Source: Narcine bancroftii
Taxonomy: Eukaryota
NCBI RefSeq assembly: GCF_036971445.1
Contig: NC_091478.1
Coordinates: 21,824,001-21,888,000 of the forward strand
Reading direction: 5' to 3'
DNA length: 64,000 bases
Part shown: piece by piece, positions 47,468 to 61,280 of the stretch
Layout of the letters: every line of letters begins with the position of its first letter
Position numbering within the stretch: position 1 is the stretch's first letter
Program-made: the position numbers and the translations under genes
The notes under the pieces: generated by a model
Databases searched by the model: none
What the model saw: only the letters and a program-made list of their open reading frames with translations
Told to the model about the DNA's origin: nothing

Positions 47468-48959
47468 GTAAGACCATATGTGCCAATTAACATTACAATA
47501 ATATGCACTTCACATTCCGTTTTAAATTGGATCTGGTTACATAGTTAATTAGTATCTTCGCTACCTTAATGCCTTTTGACATTAGTCCAATGTGTGGGGC
47601 CTGCCATTTGAAATTGAACCATGTACATTTTCAACACAGGACGATTCAGCCCATCTTTCCATACCCTCTGGAAATGAGCTATAGAGACAAATTCTGTTAT
47701 CACATTACCTCAATCTTAGCCTGTGTCCTTTATTTTTAAGTTCTGGGATGAATCCAGATGAATTACCCTTTTGCAGGATGTATTTTAGCTGCTTCACTTT
47801 TTAGTGAAGCTAAGGACCAAGCTGCCTACCATTTGATATTAATTGCAAGAAAAATTAGTAATATTATTCAAAGTTTACAAATAACATATAACCCATAATT
47901 CCCTTAAGAATCCAAAAGTCAACTGACCTTGCACATGAAAATACTCAGAGACTGAGCATTAACTAGCTTTTAGGTGGAGAATTTTATAAGAAGATTTATG
48001 AGATTGTTGCTTGAGCTATAGGGAGAGGACTTCATTCCTTGCAATGTAGGAGGATGGGGGTTGATCTTATAAAGGTATACAAATTATGAGAGGAATAGAT
48101 CAGGATAAAGCAGAGAGAATGAGAATCGATAACTAGAGGATGTAGATTTAAGGAAGGGGTGAGAAATTTAACAGGAACCTGAGAGGTAACTTTCTTTTAC
48201 ACAGAGGGTGGTGAATTTTTGGACTGGACTGCCAGGGAGGTGGTTGAGGTGAGTACTATTGCAACATTTAAGAAAAATTTGTGGAAATACCTGAATACAA
48301 TGAGTTTAGAGTGATATCAGCCAAACGCAAGCAGATGGGAAATTTGGGCCGGCAAAAGCATGTTGGGCCTTAAGGCCTGTTTCCACATTCCGACTCCATG
48401 ACTAATTCCAAATTCATTACAATTTCAACAATAAAATATTGTGCTTGGATAGAACCGTTTGTGGATTAAAGGAGCAGATTTACAAGTGCCACTGAAATAA
48501 GGTGTAATGAAGACTTGGTCAATGCGGTGGACTCGTACTTATCACCTCATTTCAATGGCACTTGTAAATGTCTGTATGCCAGGAACAAAAAAAATTCTCT
48601 GCAGAATTTACACTTTCAGTTTGTTTTAAAAATTCTTTTTTAAAATGTGGACATCAGGAATATAGACGACTAACCAAGTTCACTGATTATGGAATGCTGA
48701 TCAGTGATGCGGTAATTGTACCCTTGGGAAACAAAAGATGAAGAATAAAAGCACTGGTGAAAAGGGGCAAAAATATAAAAGATATTTGTGATTATTGAAT
48801 TGATTATTGTCATGTGTACCGAGATGCAGTGAAAAATCTTTGTTTTTGCACACTATCTGGTCAAGTCGAGCTATACTTGAATACAGAGTAATGCTGCGGA
48901 GAAAGAAATTCAATTAATAACACAGAAAGGCCAACATAATTTCACAAACAAGAGGTCGC

Positions 48960-49710
48960 TGGGATTCAACATCCTTCTCTGTAACTGGATTCTGGACTTC
49001 CCAACAGAAAGACCACAGTATATCTGGGTTGGTCAGCATGTCAAGCATCGTCAAGCTGAGCACTGGCACACCTCAGGGCTCTCTACTTAGCCTGCTTATG
49101 TTCACACTGCTGGTGTCCACTTAACTAGTGACCTATTGTTGACCCACATCTCACTCGTTATGAAGGCACAACAGCAACTGGACTTCTTGAGAAAACTGAA
49201 GCGGGCAAGGCTATCAGCCACCATCATGCCTATCGAGAACATCCTGCTGACTATATCACAGTGTGGTACAGTTGCTGGAGATAAATGGATTGGAGCTCGA
49301 TCCACAGGACCATAAGAGTGGCAAACAGGATCACTGGAGTCTCCCTTCCAAAACACCCCCATCCAATCAACATATTCTACCAAGATCATTGTCTGAAGAG
49401 GGTGCAAAAATTCATTGAGGACCCCTACCAACTGCACCTGTCAGGAAAGAGATGCAGGAATATCAGGTCCAGCACCACAAGGCTGAGAAACCTCTTCCAC
49501 CAGGGACAGTAAGAATGCTGAATGACCAAAGGAACCGCTCACATTAATCATCCATGACTTTCATATTTACAAAACAATATTTATTTATCGTACTATATGA
49601 ATGTTTGTCTTCATGTTCTATGTCTGGCTATGTGTCTGCGGTTTTACGCTGAGGGCCGGTGACTGCTGTTTCATCGGGTTGTACTCGTGCAATCAGATGA
49701 GAATAAATGA
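48960..49710 (+). mobile_element. Old Rex1/Babar-type fragment
   Basis: LCNWILDF.., LSTGTPQG, SGKRCRNIRSSTTRLRN remnants. Confidence 0.65.
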
Positions 49711-50917
49711 CTTGGCATTTCATTAGTCAAAATCAGAGTTTACTGTCTGTTAGTCTCATAACAGGGTGAAACTGTCATTGAATCTGGTATTGGACGTTTT
49801 CAAACTCCTGCATCTTCTGCCCAATAGGGGAGGATAGAAGAAAATGCGATCAGGAAGTAGTGAGTTTTATAACATATTGGCTCCTTTCCTGAGGCTGCAT
49901 ATTGAGACGATAAGGGGAGGCTTGTATAGTCGACATTTTCCAAGTTCTAGTATTTCCCAATTTCAAAACCTGTCATCTTCACAGAAACATAAGCGACGGT
50001 ATTCTGAATTACCATGTAACTATTTATGGAGCGGAAACAGGCCATGTCGGCCTTTCGAGTCTGCACCGGTTCACTAGAACAACTCCACTAGCTCAAACCT
50101 CTCGCTCTCCGCCAATAACCCTCCAACCCCTCACCTCCACGTACACATCCAACCTTCTCTTAAATGACAGAATGGACACAAGTCTTCCCACCAATTTTCA
50201 TTAATCATTGTACCCAAGTCTGACTCCTATTTCTCCCTCGACCAGAATAATCCTGGTTTTGGACCCTCAATTTGGAGTACAAAATATTCTAGAAATACCA
50301 TCTTATTAATTTAATAAATCAAACTTCGTAGTTGAAGCTGTAAGAAGCTTTAATTCATTGATTAAAAATGGATGAATATTTTGCATAACTTCACAGTGAG
50401 ATTTACATAACAATAAGTAACAAAGCAAACTGTGCAATGATAAGATATTCAACTTTAAACAGATATTAAAGAAATACAGGATGAAATAAAAGATGAAATT
50501 AGATGAAATCAAAGAAAAATATCTCGAGAACTTGCACCTCTGTCATAATTCTTTGAAGAATGAGATATAAACTCTCAGTCCGCTCAGATATTATGACATC
50601 ATTAGTAACTCTGGAGTGATATGTATTCCATGAAGTGACTCTATACTAACTCAAGAAAAAACTGTTAAAGATTAAACTTTTAATCAGGAAGACTCTTCCT
50701 TAATGTGGGGAAATGCCTCATTGTAAAGTTGGAATTTAGGATCTGTGTAGGCTCTGAACATAACTTTGGAATATTTATCAAAGTAGGAGGAGGAATTATG
50801 GCTAGTATTTTATGCCTTTCTTTAAGTCAAAGAATTAGTTGCATTTATCCAAAACAGTAATATTTCATCTAAGCATTTTGCGGTTTTCATATTTTCTTAA
50901 AATAGAAGGTCTTTTGC

Positions 50918-51809
50918 CCTCAAGGAGTGCAGTTGCTTCTCGGATCATTCCCATCAATCCCATTCCCCTCACTTATTTCCCAATAAACTAATTACATCCT
51001 CCTTCCACCCAACAACACTCGGATTACTTGAAAGATTTCAAGCAACGTGGCTGAAGACAGGAACTTGCACCCTTATGTCATTTCTTTACTGACCTTACAG
51101 CATCCTCGTGTTTGTTCACAGCCACACTAAATAGAAATAGAAGCCTTCAACATGGTTTGTCCTGTATCCGAGTGCTTTCATCATGCTAATGGTATTTTGA
51201 TTCCGTCACGTTCCAAAAAACATCCTGTCAACTTGCAAAAGACTCTGTAATTGCTTGCTGCATTCACGATGGGAAAGCTTGAAAAAAAAAACACAGATTT
51301 CTGAGAAGTTCTCTGGCTTGATTCAACATTTCCTTTTGCTTTCAAAAATCCATGACTTCATTATTAGTCCTGATATTGAAATTGCAAGAGAAAAACACTG
51401 AATAGATGCTCCAAGGTCAAACTGATGCTACTTACAAAATCTAGAAAAATGCCAATTCTACAGTACCGTAATACCTCATATTTCAAATGCTCACATAATG
51501 GAAAAACTAGCAAAATCCATTCTGCAAATCTCTTTCCTTTTTGGACACTCCTGACTGTACTCAAATTTTGTATAAAAGGAGTTTACAGGAATGTATCCTC
51601 AAATATTAGCTCAGGCCATCAAACGAGAGGTTGTAAAGGTTAAAACCTTGTGTTTTTGATTTGTAGTTAATTTTATGCCTATCCCTTTCTCAATACAAGT
51701 AATCTGAGTGTTGTTGGGTGGAAGGAGGATGTAATTAGTTTATTGGGAAATAAGTGAGGGGAATGGGATTGATGGGAATGGTCTGAGAAGCAAACTGCAC
51801 TCCATGAGG
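50918..51809. repeat. Inverted repeat pair, ~113-bp arms (50918-51030 and 51696-51809)
   Basis: Arms are near-perfect reverse complements separated by a 665-bp spacer. Confidence 0.9.
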
Positions 51810-52978
51810 AGTACAGTGTATTTTTTCAGCATGTTTGAAGAATAGTTTTGTTCCTTTACAATTAGCTCCTAAATAAAGGGTGTGAGAGTTAAGAGGTGTT
51901 TTCACTGCTCTCTGCAATCATAGACATGAAGTTAGAATCCACAGCCCAGAAATGAAGCACCCATTTACACCAAGCCTTTCAAAATCACACTTTATTCTTC
52001 CTACCTTTCCATCAACTCCCCCACATTTTACCACTCCCCTATATACATGGGGCAGTTTACAATAGCCATTTAACCTACCAATCTGTATTACGTACAGTCT
52101 TAGTTTCTGAATCTAAGGAAGGATATTTTTGCTATTGAGGAAATGCAGTGAAGTTTCTCCAGACTGATTCCTGGGATGGCAGGACTGACACATAAACAAA
52201 CACTCGACAGGGTAGGAAAGCGCACTGGAATTTAGAAGAATGAGAGGGGATCTCATTGACACATTTAACATTCTGATGATTAGACAGGAGATGCAGGAAG
52301 AATGTTCCTGATGTTGGGCAAGTCCAGAACGGGGGGGGGGGGGGGGGGGGGGGGGCGTGCCACAGTCTAAGGGTAAGCCATTTAGAGCTGAGGTGAGTAG
52401 AACTCAGAGTTGGGAACTTGTAGAACCTCCTGCCACAGAAAGTTGTTAGGCCAGTTTATTAGCTGTATTAAAAAGGGGGATCAAAGGGTATGAAGATAAA
52501 ACTGGAAAAGGATACTGAATTACTGAATTCACATAATCAGCTATGATTATGGTATATTGAATAGTGGTGCAGCCTCAATGGCCTGAATGGCCATCTGAAC
52601 CTATTTTCTTTGGTTCCATATCCTTTGGATGTGGGAGAAAAGCCAGTAAACCCACACAACTATAGGGAGAAGATACAAACTCCACAGACAGGAGTGGAAG
52701 TCGGGATTGAAGATCACTCAATAGAACTGTGAGCTGGGTCTGTCGTCTCATTCTCATAAGGGAGATAGATAGAAGGCTATAGCAAATCTCTACAGAGATG
52801 CAGCAAATCTACAACAAAAACAGAAAATGCTGAAATACTCAGCAGGTCAAGTAACATCTGTGAAAAGAGAAATGGTAAATATTTTGGGTCCAATACCCCT
52901 CATAGACAGGAAAGAGAGGAAAAAATTAGTGTTCAGTAGCAAAGAAGGTGGTGAGGAAAGGGTATAACAAAATGAATA

Positions 52979-53287
52979 TTTTTTTCACAAATTTATTTAT
53001 TCGTTCAACAAGGTTATTACATACAGTAAAAAAAAGTTCATATTGTGAACAATAAAAAAATTTTATATATAAAAAAAAGAAGAGAAACAAAAGAAAGAAC
53101 CCCACCTCCCCCCCCCACCCCTCTCAGCCAGCTCTCTTTAGGAGAGCCAAAGAGAAAAAAAACCTGAAATATATTTACTAAAATCTAATCAAAGTAAATT
53201 TAAATGTTAATATTCTGAATATAAAGACCACTTATTAAGAAAAAAAGAATAATTATCATGTAAAACATACGCGATTTTTTTTTCCAT
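52979..53287 (-). mobile_element. Strongly 5'-truncated L1 3' end of a different subfamily
   Basis: 11-bp TSD CAAAATGAATA (52968-52978, 53288-53298), A-rich tail, G-rich tract, and an ORF2-tail-like peptide IAYVLHDNYSFFLNKWSLY. Confidence 0.7.
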
Positions 53288-53796
53288 CAAAATGAATACT
53301 TCTGAAGGGGCTGGACCAAATGGATTACCGGTGGAATGCAAGTACATCATGCTTCTTTGTCTGTGCAATGTGTTAATATCCAGGAAATGGGTCGTGCCTG
53401 AAGGTCAGACTATACTAATATAAACAGAACACTGAAGCAAAATGATGATGGGTAGAAACTGTGAGCTCTGAAACAAAAAGAATCAAGGAGTTGGAGAACT
53501 TGATATAGAGTCGAGAAGGTTACAATAAGCCTGTACAGAAAATGGAGTGGTGTTCCTCAAGCTTACATTGGACCCTGTTGTAACAGCAGCCCACAGAGAA
53601 TTGGTCAGACTGGTGAAGAATTAATGCAGCAGGCAACTGAAAGCTCAAGTTCACACTTGTGGACTGAACATGGGTGCTTGGCAGGCAATCGTCCAATCTG
53701 CATTTCACATGGAAATGCCAGTTCTTCATTGTTATGTTAAATTTGATCTAAGATTAGAATAATGCAATGAAGTGATTTTTTTTTCTCTCTCCACAG

Positions 53797-53946
53797 CTGG
53801 CACTGAAGACTGTGATTCTGCTGAAGCGATCCACAACATCACGGTGGGAAAAAGCCTCGATGGAAAGCTGGGATTTAGTGTCCGTGGAGGCTCTGAGCAT
53901 GGTCTTGGAATATTTGTTAGCAAAGTAGAAGGAGGAAGTGCAGCTG
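53797..53946 (+). CDS. PDZD7: PDZD7 coding exon 2 (PDZ1 N-half, [21 protein letters not shown])
   Basis: 150 bp, polypyrimidine-CAG acceptor and GTAAGT donor; PDZ1 sequence typical of the whirlin/PDZD7/harmonin family. Confidence 0.95.
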
Positions 53947-54219
53947 GTAAGTGGTGTCTTACTAAATTATATCTTAATAAGTTAAGAATTGAGAAATGTA
54001 CTATATGATTTTTTTTTGGCTTGAGGTCAAGTTGACCCTAGAAATTGCTACCTTTTACTTTAAAATTATTATTTGTTACCATTCTTTGCCTTCTTTAAGT
54101 TATCTTTAAGATATTAGTACCAAGCTTGTGTGTAAAGGAATGAACCATGTGAATGAGGAAATAATATAATACAAGTGTTAAGCTGTGAGACGTTTTTTTT
54201 GTTTTGTTTTTCTGTGTAG

Positions 54220-54394
54220 ACCAAAGTGGCCTCTGCTTGGGTGATAAAATCATGGAGGTTAATGGAATCAGCTTCGAAAACATCACAATGGGAAGTGCTG
54301 TCAATGTACTCACTGGGAGCCATTGTTTACATTTGGTAGTAAGACGCTTGGGAAAAGTGCCAGGGATCAAATATTCTAAAGAACTGACCACATG
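54220..54394 (+). CDS. PDZD7: PDZD7 coding exon 3 ([13 protein letters not shown]...[13 protein letters not shown])
   Basis: 175 bp, TAG acceptor and GTAAGT donor; frame is continuous with the flanking exons. Confidence 0.95.
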
Positions 54395-55954
54395 GTAAGT
54401 AGGCAGTATGCTTAAACCGCCAGAAGGAGTGTAATTTGCTTTGATGTGGGCAGATGTTCTCACAAGCTCTTTGAGGTGGCTTCAAGTGACATACCTGAAA
54501 ATTTTAAATTGAACAGAGGATTTATATTAATGAATTGTCAGAAATCCTTGGTTTAAATTTATGATGACTGTCCTAAAAGAATTCAAGATTTTGTTCTCAA
54601 AGTTGTGAATTGAAGGAATATCATCTACCAGAAATGAATTGGTGAGGCTTTCAACATCCAATGTGTCACGGCATTGCCTTTAAATTATTTCATTGTCCCT
54701 TGAAAATGTAGAGGAGACCATTTTTTTTCCATTTCATTCCAAAATATTAATTTAATCAGACAATTTCCCTCACCAAAAAGAAAACTTGAAGAAACTGGTA
54801 ATCTGGAATGAAAATCAGAAGTGATTGGAATCATCTGAAGGCATGTGGTATCTGTGAATAGAGGAACAGAATGCCATTATTTCATTTGATCTTCTTCACA
54901 ATTTGTACTAATCCAAAGCACAAATTAAGCCTCCCTGTGCATTTATTATTAATGCCAGTCCTAACTAACTACAAGCACTTGTGTAAAAGTTCCAAGCAAT
55001 ATTGTTCACTTAGCACTAATGCATAAATTATATCACTTCCAATATCTGTCAATGTATTCTAATTTTGTATACATGGTGTTGGAGGACGAAGAGAAGGACT
55101 GCACAGCATTTGAAATTTGATGAAGCTATTAGTGGATCCTTGATGATTTGGTCAGAGGGAGAAGATTACAGAGTTGTTATGAATCTCTTGCGTCAGTCAA
55201 AAGCATACGGGAGATAAATTTAATATGGGGAAATGTGTGATAAAAGTGTTAATGGGGAAATTCAAAGTATGTTGGGAGCTACAAATCATGGGATACGACT
55301 TTATAGGTTTCAGTAAATGGGGCTATGGTGGGCAGTCAAGCTGCTTCTAGGAATCAGATTGGAATTTTAAATGTATTAAGTAGTTTGGAAACATCTTGTA
55401 TGTTTATGGCCTGTCAGGTTGAAATCTGCCAGCTGAAGTGAGATGAAAAAAGGACAGGGAGAAGGCAAGTTGATGGATACACAGTGTTTAGCTCTTCAGG
55501 AGGAGTGGTAATGTTTCTTCCTAGATCTCTGAGATTCTCCTTGTAAGTGCCTGGTCATGCAATTGGGAACAAGATGAACTGTTCAATCCTGTGAATTCTT
55601 GTATAACCATTCTTTGTACAACTGGAAAGGCAGTCTATCAATGGAGGTAAAGCCAGACTCATTTCCCCTTCTTTGTTAGTCGAATGATTCCTAATGGACA
55701 GCTCCTCCCTGAAAGAGTGGCAGTTAGTGCTGCTGCCTCCCTGTTCCAGGAACCTGGGGATTGACCATGACTGCTGCATCTATAGAGTTTGTATGTTCTC
55801 CCTGTGACCCAATGGATTTCTGCCAGGTACTCTGATTTTTCTCTAAAGATGGAATACTCTCTACTTGCCTACATAAATTGGCAATATGTATAACATTCAT
55901 GCTTTTTGGGACTGATGCACAGGGGCTTTAGTGTGTATTATCTACAAAATGTTC

Positions 55955-57140
55955 AAAGTTCAGATTTATTGTTAGAGTACATATGTATCGTGCAGCCCGA
56001 AGATTCTTTTTTCCTGCAGGCTAGGCAGAGTTTCTACTTGTCGGAAGTGCAAAAAAACTGTACTGAAGAAAACATGCTTATGCAACAAAAAAAATTCAGT
56101 CATAAATAATGTGCAGTCTAAGGGGCCTTAAATGAGTCTCTGATTGGGTTTGTTGTTCAGGAGTCTGATGGTGGAGGGTTTAGCAACTGTTCCTGAACCT
56201 GGTGGTATGAGTCTTGTGGCAGCAACAAGAATAGAACATGTCCTCATGATGTCTATTCCCTGCGATTGCTGCTGCTCTCTGACGGTCGTGTTCCATGTAG
56301 GTTTTCTTGATGTGAAGAGAGTTTTGCTTGTGATATGTTGGGCTGTGTCCACTACCTTTTGCAGGGCTTTCTATATATCAGGCCATGATGCAGCCAGTCA
56401 GCACACTTTCCCCTACAATCTGCAATCTGTTGCTCAGGCGACTTGGACAGCACATCTTGATTGTGTGACCTCTGCTTCCAGGAAGTAAAAGGCAGCAGCT
56501 ACATGGAAGTCAGGAGAATATGAACCAGACCTTATCGAGGGCTCAGTGGTGGAGAGGGTTGCGAACTTCAAATTGCTGGGTATCAACATCTCCGAGGATC
56601 TGTCGTGGATCCTCCATGTCAATGCAACCATGAAAAAGGCTCATCAGCGACTATACTTTGTGAGGTGTTTGAGAACGTTTGGTATATCACTGAAGACTCT
56701 TGAAAACTTCTACAGGTGTACTGTGGAGAACATTTTGGTTGGTTGCATCACTCTCTGGTATAGAGGTCCCAATGCTCAGGACAAGAAAAAAATTCCAGAG
56801 GGTTGTTAGTTCGGCCTGCGACATCACAGGCACCAGACTTCGTACCTATCAGGACATCTACAAAAGGTAGAAAGCAGCCTCTATCCTTGAGGACCCCCCA
56901 CCACCTAGGCCAAGCCCTCTTCACTCTGCTACCATCAGGAAAATGGTACAGGGGCCTAAAGACGTGCATTCAGTGGCACAAGGACAGCTTCTTCCCCGCT
57001 GCCATCAGATTCCTGAATGACTTTTTGTACATTACTTTTATTTATTTAGTCAGGTGGTCGACGTGAATGATTGCACTGTGATACTGCTGTAAAACAATGA
57101 ATGTCGTGACCTGCTCATGGCAATAAATTCTCATTCTGAT
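55955..57140. mobile_element. Two Rex1/Babar-type 3' fragments in opposite orientation (~55955-56410 minus; ~56490-57140 plus)
   Basis: VERVANFKLLGINISEDLSW..KKAHQRLYFVR..FYRCTVENIL.GCITLWY on plus; homologous tail on minus. Confidence 0.75.
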
Positions 57141-57494
57141 GACCACCATCTGTAAATTCCCCTACCAATGATACACCATACTGATATGGAAATATCTATT
57201 GCTGGTCCTTCATTATCATTGGGTCTAAAAGTTGAAAATCAAATGAAATTTACAAAATGAAAATGTGAATCTTTGCCCCTTTTTGCTTGTCACTGAATCA
57301 TGCAGAAAATCCTTGCAAGTGGATTTCACTGAAAACTGATCTGGCTGCAAAGATTTCATAGTGAATAGCTACAAAAGTTGGGATCAATGCTTGGCAACTA
57401 GTATAATTTTAGAGAGCAACTGGAGGAAAACATGCCCTCCCCAAAAGGAGTCAATCCCTTCAAGGATAGAAAGGGAGAAAATTTTACATTTTAC

Positions 57495-57661
57495 TCTCAA
57501 TTAACCTACATCCCTGGTACATTTCAAACAGTGGGAGGAAACTGGAGCCCATAGGAAAACCCCACACAGACACCGGGAGAACATAGTGCAGGATTCGAAC
57601 CATCGTCTCGAACACTGGCACTGTAAAGGCATTGCGCTAACAGATACGCCAACTGTGCCAC
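57495..57661 (-). mobile_element. tRNA-derived SINE
   Basis: Same family head and core. Confidence 0.75.
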
Positions 57662-58541
57662 CCTGGAGGGAATTGATTAGGAAAGAATGAGAATCACCTC
57701 TGGATTTATTATTGTTCCTTCTTTACTTTCCTGAAATGGAGCCAAGTGTTACGTGTTTGAACAACTACTCTCTGCGGATCTAAATTTGAACTTCCTGCAA
57801 CCAACCATTTTAACTCTCCAAACCATTCCATGTCTGTCCCTAGCCTCATCCACGTCCAGGGCAAGGCTAAATGTAAACTTAAGTAATAAAACATCATATT
57901 ATTCCTAGACAGTCTTAAGCCAAATAGCATGAACATTTATTTTACTAATTGTAGGTAACCCCTAACCCCATCAGATTCCACTGTTCCTACTGTTCTTTGC
58001 CTGCTCCTGTATTGTATATTCTCCTGCTCCCTCCAATTTATTTCTGCCCCTACACTCCTCTAACACCTTCTGTCCAATACAATCAATGATGGACTCCATT
58101 ATATACACAATTTTACCTATTGATAAAGGGATCACACCAAAACATTGATAGAAAATTTCTACCCATGGATGCTGTCTGATCAGCCAAGTTTCTCCACTAA
58201 TTCTTTGTTTCCTCCTTGATGTATTCCATTGTTAACGTCCAAATGCTTCGGAGTAGTTACTGTTCTACATAAAATCTTGTGTGAGAAGTATTGTTTAACT
58301 ATTTGGCTGTGCAAAGAATTACCATTTTCTATAGAATTCTGTTAATCTCACTGTGAGGAATTGCAAAAGTTGTGCTAGGTGCATCTCTAACTTTTAGGGT
58401 GACTTTCTGTTCTTCTAGTAAACTTTTGTATGGTGTGCTTGCAATTCAAGGGAGACATTTATATTTTAATATTATGACCAATTATGAAAACTGACTAGTT
58501 TTGGAACATTAATTGACAACTCAAGGGTTTGATTCGAGCAC

Positions 58542-59084
58542 AAAATTAAACTCAAACCATTTATTTAAACAAGTTAATCACTGAATAAGAAAATTAAACT
58601 CAAACCATTTATTTAAACAAGTTAATCACTGAATAAGAAAATTAAACTCAAACCATTTATTTAAACAAGTTAATCACTGAATAAGAAAATTAAACTCAAA
58701 CCATTTATTTAAACAAGTTAATCACTGAATAAGAAAATTAAACTCAAACCATTTATTTAAACAAGTTAATCACTGAATAAGAAAATTAAACTCAAACCAT
58801 TTATTTAAACAAGTTAATCACTGAATAAGAAAATTAAACTCAAACCATTTATTTAAACAAGTTAATCACTGAATAAGAAAATTAAACTCAAACCATTTAT
58901 TTAAACAAGTTAATCACTGAATAAGAAAATTATTAAACTCAAACCATTTATTTAAACAAGTTAATCACTGAATAAGAAAATTATTAAACTCAAACCATTT
59001 ATTTAAACAAGTTAATCACTGAATAAGAAAATTATTAAACTCAAACCATTTATTTAAACAAGTTAATCACTGAATAAGAAAATT
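58542..59084. repeat. AT-rich minisatellite, ~11 copies of a 48-bp unit (last three are 51 bp)
   Basis: Unit AAAATTAAACTCAAACCATTTATTTAAACAAGTTAATCACTGAATAAG; CTCAAACC recurs at 58551, 58599, ... 58887, then at 58938, 58989 and 59040. Confidence 0.97.
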
Positions 59085-60001
59085 GTTTTCAAAATTACAC
59101 TGCCATAAGAGCAATATTATCATGAATACTCAATTCATGTGAGGAGAATTAATTTACTGGGGAGGCACATTGGGACTATTTGCATGACTTGGCATTGCGT
59201 TGTATTTCATTTTGAAGTGATACACCAGTAATTTAATCCATAAATTACACAATACCATTTGGCATGATTTAATTACGATCTATTGACTAAAATAATTTTG
59301 AGGAAAAAAAGTTGACCGTTTGATTTTATGTAGATGAAAGATTTTATTGATGGTCTTGAACCAACAAATTTTCATTCCCTTAGAATCAAGTGCAAATGAA
59401 ATATTTCACAACTGTTATGTGTTTTTGCATATCTATAATAAAAATCAGTATGTTTTTGCTAAATATTTTCCTAGTTAATATAATGGACATTGTAAGTACT
59501 AGAATATTATTTTGATACACTCTTGTTCTAATCCTTTTATGAATAAAGTATTTATTAATTATCCCATTGAAACTGTTTTAATTTTTTCACTCTGAAATCA
59601 AATATGTTTCAAACTTTTTTCCTAGTGGGCAAAAATACGATTTCTTTTGCTGCTTTAGGAGAAATTCATTCAAACTTCTCTGTCTGAGAGAAATATTTCC
59701 GATAAGATCACCTAAATCACACATTGAGGATGTTCTTGTGATGAAGCTTGCTGTTTTTGACCACTGGTATCAGAAGGAATAAAACCTAGAACAAAGAAGA
59801 TGGAAGGTTGATTGTAGGAATCAGAGTTTGGTGGGATGGAAGGTTGAGGGGCCATGACAGAACCAAGAGAGTATGGAAGTAGCAAACCTTTTTTCAAATG
59901 ATTAATATATTTCAGATTGCCAGATGGTCTGTGTCTCAATATGTTTTGACAATTTACTTCTGTCACACATAGACATCTTTTGGAAACAATTCCCATAAAG
60001 T

Positions 60002-60186
60002 GCGGCATGGTTGGCTTAGCGGTTAGCCCAACACTTTTACAGCGCCAGTGTTGGGAACTGGGGTTTGAAATCCATGCCATCTGTAAGGGGCTTGTATGTT
60101 CTCCCCGTTTCTGCATGGGTTTTCCTGAGGCTCCGGTTTCCTCCCACTGCTCAAAACGTACCAGGGGTGTACAATAATTGGGTGTT
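60002..60186 (+). mobile_element. tRNA-derived SINE
   Basis: Same family head and core. Confidence 0.75.
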
Positions 60187-60468
60187 AAAAGAAGATTTCT
60201 GGTAATAGGATGGGGTGCTGAAGATCAAAATAGAGATTGGATAGGTGTTTGGAAAAATGATAAGTAAAAGTTGTGAAAATATGGCTGGCAAATAGGATTG
60301 GGAAAACAACTGGGTGCAGCAGAAAAGTGTCACAAGCAAATACTTGACAGAAAGGCCTATTTCTATGTAACTTCCAGTAATTTTTAAATGATCATGGATG
60401 TTGGCACATTTTGCTTACTGCATATAAGTTGTTTCTGATCTAGTAAGCCTTTTGTTTTTGACTATTAG

Positions 60469-60642
60469 GGTTGACACTACAACAAGGAGGATAATAGCAG
60501 AGAAATCTCGAAGTTCTGCAGACACTGTATCTGAGAATGGAGCCAGGAGAATTATCCATCTTTACACCAGTTCAGATGATGTGTGCCTAGGTTTTAACAT
60601 TAGGGGTGGAAAGGAATTTGGCTTGGGAATATACGTATCCAG
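60469..60642 (+). CDS. PDZD7: PDZD7 coding exon 4 (VDTTTRR...[28 protein letters not shown]; PDZ2 N-half)
   Basis: 174 bp, TAG acceptor and GTAAG donor; PDZD7 motif [19 protein letters not shown]. Confidence 0.95.
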
Positions 60643-61050
60643 GTAAGATCCAGTTTTTGTTCAAGTTGCATGTAGAGTTGATTGGCATTTCGATTTTTGC
60701 CGGGTATTAAGGTTTTTAAAAAGTTATCTGATTGCTTTTCTTTAATGAAATAACATCAAACACAACTGCTGGCATATGCTATGCTGTCAGGGTTATAATT
60801 CTTTTTTATTTGTGGTGCCAACAATCATTAATGTACAGTTAGTTCCACTGTGTTAAACCTCCAATGACTAGTATTCAGTCCCAATCTTGGCTGGAATCAT
60901 TTGCATTCTTCCTGTGCATGTGATTTCCCCCCAGGTGCACCAGTTTCCCCTGATTTCCAAAGACATGCAATTTGGTTGGTTTGTTGCGGTAGCGTTCTTG
61001 CCTTTGTCAGGAGCGGTGTCATCTGTTGCTGATGAAGTAAGCAATGCAAC

Positions 61051-61280
61051 TGCAATGATATGGTTTACTGTATGTACTAGCCAGTACAGACATGGGCTGG
61101 TCCGCCCTCCTGATGACATCCTCTCCTAGACTCCACCTTGGACTCCTCCCTCCCCTGTGACCCAGACCATAAAGATCGAGTCACCTCTTCCTTCCCTAGC
61201 TTGGACCCGGGCCAGCAAGTCTTGTGTGTAATAAAGCCTATCGTTCCCCTCAGTCTTTGTCTTTGTAATTATTGGGGCAA
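61051..61280 (+). mobile_element. Probable decayed solo LTR
   Basis: LTR-like layout (TG start, CATAAA box, AATAAA near the 3' end) and a possible GCAAC duplication; the 3' CA is not intact. Confidence 0.45.

Noticed and set aside
52331-52355. Long poly-G runs (also ~50-66 and ~1076-1087) as functional G-quadruplexes
   Set aside because: Simple homopolymers in or near repeats; lengths are unreliable and nothing suggests function.
58542-59084. CRISPR-like array
   Set aside because: Units are head-to-tail with no unique spacers, there are no cas genes, and the context is a eukaryotic intron.
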